From the NCBI GenBank assembly GCA_963715085.1, contig CAVQQU010000006.1, forward strand, positions 31,906 through 95,905: a stretch of DNA of 64,000 bases, read 5' to 3'. Shown in pieces: positions 61,493 to 64,000 of this stretch (position 1 is its first letter; the number at the start of each line of letters is the position of its first letter). The translations under genes were made by a program, and so were the position numbers. The stretch is from an uncultured Chloroflexia bacterium. GTDB taxonomy: Bacteria > Chloroflexota > Limnocylindria > Limnocylindrales > CSP1-4. Under the pieces are notes generated by a model. The model did no database searches, had not been told where the DNA came from, and saw only the letters and a list, made by a program, of their open reading frames with translations.

Positions 61493-61904
61493 ATGAGCAT
61501 GCCGCAGATCGTCTTCACCACTCCGGCCGACGGATACCACCCTGGTGCCTGCAACATCGGGCCGGCCGAGATCGCCCGTCGCCGCCGGACGGGCATCGTC
61601 GGGCTGGGCGCCGCCGCACTATTGGCCGCCGTGCTTCTTCTCGTCGACGCCCCGGTCGCGACACGCTGGCTCGTCGCGATCCCGCTGGCGATCAGTGCGG
61701 TCGGGTTCCTCCAGGCGCACTTCCGGTTCTGTGCCGCCTACGGCGCGGCCGGTGTCCGCAACTTCGGGGCCCCTCGGCACGGCGGAGCGGGTGGACGACG
61801 CGGCGGCGCGTCGGGCGGACCGGACAAAGGCCGTCGCGATCTCCCTGGCGGGCGGCGCGATCGGCGTCGCCGGCGCGCTGATCCTGGTGCTCCTGCCCGT
61901 CTGA
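61493..61904 (+). CDS. Hypothetical membrane protein (one frame break near 61770)
   Basis: Segments HPGACNIGPAEIARRRR, TM helices (LGAAALLAAVLLLV, WLVAIPLAISAVGFL), FRFCAAYGAAGV, and a C-terminal TM (AISLAGGAIGVAGALILVLLPV) in ORF 61545..61904. Confidence 0.5.
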
Positions 61905-61910
61905 CGCACG

Positions 61911-61935
61911 GAAGGGGCGCCAGTGGCGCCCCTTC
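61911..61935. terminator. Perfect bidirectional hairpin between convergent genes
   Basis: GAAGGGGCGCC-agt-GGCGCCCCTTC, an 11-bp stem, lies 7 nt after the stop at 61904. Confidence 0.65.
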
Positions 61936-61995
61936 GCGTGGTGCGAGATCCCGCAGGACTGCCGGACGAATCTGCCGGCCAGCCCGGACGCGTTC

Positions 61996-62185
61996 TCAGC
62001 GAGCGTCGAGCGCCGGCCGCGAAGCGTGCTCCGGTCTCGATCCCGTGGATCGCTCGGCCCAGGGCCATGAGCGCATGGCCGACGTGCTGGCGGACGCCGT
62101 CGCGCCGGACGGCCAGCCGCTCGCGGCCTGCCTCGGCTTCGAGGCGCCGCATCCGGAAGTCGATCTCGTGGCCCATCGCGTTCAT
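61996..62185 (-). CDS. Hypothetical small protein downstream of the ArsR-type regulator (3' end uncertain)
   Basis: GGCGAGGGG precedes the ATG at 62185 (MNAMGHEIDFRMRRLEAEAGRERLAVRRDGVRQHVGHALMALGRAIHG). The ORF as given runs through the terminator hairpin. A one-base shift would give TGA at 61998-61996. Confidence 0.3.
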
Positions 62186-62324
62186 CCCCTCGCCCGTGAA
62201 GATCGCGGTCCTTGTCGGCGATGGGCTGAGCCCATCATTCGTGTGCACCCCGTCGTCCCTCCGTTCGATGATCATCTAACTCGCGTGGCCGCCGATCCAC
62301 TGGGGTGGAGCCCGGCGGCGCCTG

Positions 62325-63443
62325 TTACTGGGTGGGCCCGCCCACGAGGCGGGTGAGCTCGAGGCCCGCGTCCGCGATCCGGTCGCGGCGGAGGCTGTAG
62401 TAGGTGAGGGCGCCGGCCTCGGTGATCGTCACGAGTCCCGCCGCCCGAAGCAGCGCCAGGTGGTGGCTGACGGTGGGCTTGGAGAGCCCCATCCGGTCGG
62501 CGATCTCGGTCAGGTAGAGGTCGCCCGAGGCAAGGAGGTTGAGGATCCGCAGGCGGCTCTCGTCGCCCAGCGCCTTGAAGAGCCGGACGCTGGCGGCCGG
62601 CACCGCACCACGGTCGCCGTCGAGGGCGGCCTCGGCGAGCGGGTAGGCGAACATGTGCCAGTCGTAGCCGCCGAAGACGTAGTTGTAGGGCCGCGTGAAG
62701 TAGCTCGGGCTCAGGTAGAGGCGTCGCGTTCCCGCGTCGGGGACCCAGCGCACGCCACCGGTGACCTGCTCGACGAAGTCGGCGAGGGGCAGGCGGCCGA
62801 GATCGGCCCGGCGGCCGGCCACGTCGCGCTCCTCCATGCGGGCGACTCGGGCCTCGATCGGCTCGAAGCGCTCGCGCCAGGCGCGGAGCACGCGGCGGAG
62901 CGCCCGCAGCTCTCCCTCGGGATCGTCGAGGAGACGGCCGATCGCGGCGCGGTACTCCTCGGGCCACAGGGCCACGGCCTCGTCCCGCAGCTCTCGTTCG
63001 CCGTCCAGGACGCGCCCGGAGAGGGCAACCGCTTCCTTCAGCTCCTCGTGGTCGCCGCTCGCTCCGAGGAGGTCCCGGGCGGCGAGCCGCCCGGCCAGGG
63101 CGACGACGTCGGCCGACGACCGAACCGTGGGATCCTCGACGGCCAGGGGCACGATTGCCGCGCCGATGCCCTTGCCGTGCTGCTCGTCGCCGAGGACGCG
63201 GGCGAGGTCACGACGCAGCGCGTCCGACAGCGACGCCCGCGACTCGTCGTACCAGGCGCGGTCTGCGGGGAGCAGCTCGGAGTCCGTGTCGAGCATCATG
63301 CTGACCAGGAAGTCGATCGCGGGTCGCGCCTCCAGGATCACCTCGGGCGCGGCCGCGGGCACCGCGGACGGGGTGCCGCTGATGTTGCGCACGAGACCTC
63401 GCTTCGGCGTCGGCGGTACGGGGGTCCGGGCGGGGCGTGCCAT
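62325..63443 (-). CDS. ArsR-family transcriptional regulator with large N-terminal domain (DUF5937-like)
   Basis: Intact 372-aa ORF. The C-terminal wHTH reads FKALGDESRLRILNLLASGDLYLTEIADRMGLSKPTVSHHLALLRAAGLV. Confidence 0.8.
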   Translation of the reverse strand: MARPARTPVPPTPKRGLVRNISGTPSAVPAAAPEVILEARPAIDFLVSMMLDTDSELLPADRAWYDESRASLSDALRRDLARVLGDEQHGKGIGAAIVPLAVEDPTVRSSADVVALAGRLAARDLLGASGDHEELKEAVALSGRVLDGERELRDEAVALWPEEYRAAIGRLLDDPEGELRALRRVLRAWRERFEPIEARVARMEERDVAGRRADLGRLPLADFVEQVTGGVRWVPDAGTRRLYLSPSYFTRPYNYVFGGYDWHMFAYPLAEAALDGDRGAVPAASVRLFKALGDESRLRILNLLASGDLYLTEIADRMGLSKPTVSHHLALLRAAGLVTITEAGALTYYSLRRDRIADAGLELTRLVGGPTQ

Positions 63444-63467
63444 GACTGTTCCTCTCGTGTCGTCCTG

Positions 63468-63489
63468 ATGTTAGACGAAAATCTAACAT
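63468..63489. promoter_or_regulatory. AT-rich palindromic operator candidate
   Basis: ATGTTAGA-cgaaaa-TCTAACAT lies 25 bp upstream of the regulator start, in the divergent intergenic region shared with the M16 peptidase gene. It is the most AT-rich spot I noticed in the window. Confidence 0.55.
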
Positions 63490-63619
63490 TGGTGCCCGAG
63501 AATGTCAAGAGGTCGCCCGTGTGGCCAGGGCCCCCGGCCGCTGCGTCCTCTCGCCGTCACCCGCCGATACAATCGCGGGCACCGCGTTCGCATCGACCCC
63601 ACCAGCATTCGAGGCCCGC

Positions 63620-64000
63620 ATGTCAGTCCCCGCCATCTCCTTCACCGACGAGCTGCTCCCCAACGGGCTCCGTCTCATCATCAGCGAAGACCACCTGGTC
63701 CCGGTGGTGGCGGTGAACGTGTGGTACGACGTCGGGAGCAAGCACGAGCAGGAGGGCCGGACTGGGTTCGCCCACCTGTTCGAGCACGTGATGTTCCAGG
63801 GCAGCCGCCACGTGGCGAAGGCCGAGCACATCGCGCTCGTCCAGGCAGCCGGCGGGACGATGAACGGCACGACCTGGCTCGACCGCACCAACTACTTCGA
63901 GACGATGCCGTCCCACCAGCTGGAGCTGGCCATCTGGCTGGAGGCCGATCGTCTCGCGACGCTGCTCGAGGCGCTGAGCCAGGAGAACCTCGACAACCAG
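63620..64000 (+). CDS. M16 (pitrilysin/insulinase) family zinc peptidase, N-terminal part (runs off window)
   Basis: ATG 63620 gives NGLRLIISEDHLVPVVAVNVWYDVGSKHE..GFAHLFEHVMFQGS, which contains the inverted zinc motif HxxEH. No stop occurs before the window end. Confidence 0.85.
   Translation, partial: MSVPAISFTDELLPNGLRLIISEDHLVPVVAVNVWYDVGSKHEQEGRTGFAHLFEHVMFQGSRHVAKAEHIALVQAAGGTMNGTTWLDRTNYFETMPSHQLELAIWLEADRLATLLEALSQENLDNQ

Noticed and set aside
59012-62356. Very long ORFs such as 59012..62356 (1114 aa), 17803..20127, 13169..15568, 12534..14552, 46238..48361 and 5224..6756.
   Set aside because: They are Arg/Pro/Gly/Ala-rich strings that run antisense or out of frame to genes with clear family motifs. 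Stop codons are rare in every frame at ~70% GC, so ORF length carries no evidence here.

Overview
High-GC (about 70% by eye) bacterial chromosomal segment. Gene content and codon usage look Actinomycetota- or Chloroflexota-like. I recover about 65 protein-coding genes, 3 tRNAs (Glu-CTC, Arg-TCT, Lys-CTT), several GC-rich hairpin terminators, a few palindromic operator candidates and three short tandem-repeat tracts. I see no rRNA, CRISPR array, integrase or transposase.

Main blocks:
- 1-5181: a 2-oxoacid dehydrogenase E1/E2 operon with a truncated lipA joined to an adenosine-deaminase gene.
- 7375-9276: a tungsten-type aldehyde:ferredoxin oxidoreductase.
- 9433-23065: a 13.6-kb minus-strand operon of GldG-like membrane protein, ABC ATPase, ABC-2 permease, coiled-coil/QG-repeat membrane protein, MoxR, DUF58, BatA-VWA and double-VWA protein.
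- 25793-27971: a DgcN/DgcA-like pair next to tRNA-Glu.
- 27972-33867: the most accessory-looking stretch. It holds a GTGGACA motif array, two convergent small ORFs, an orphan SPPY DNA methyltransferase, a 590-bp ORF-poor structured region, tRNA-Arg, a degenerate copy of the tRNA-Arg 3' half, and an excisionase-type HTH gene.
- 33923-48654: assorted metabolic and stress genes.
- 49166-51678: an uncharacterised zinc-ribbon operon.
- 55123-58773: a B12-subunit/MeaB/Hbd/thiolase block.
- 62325-63489: an ArsR-type regulator module.

Major caveat: about half of the genes can only be reconstructed by joining reading frames, roughly 60-70 breaks by hand count. Many of these sit in short G/C runs, so coordinates of those genes are reconstructions rather than single ORFs. 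All family assignments come from motifs read in the supplied translations. No database search was run.
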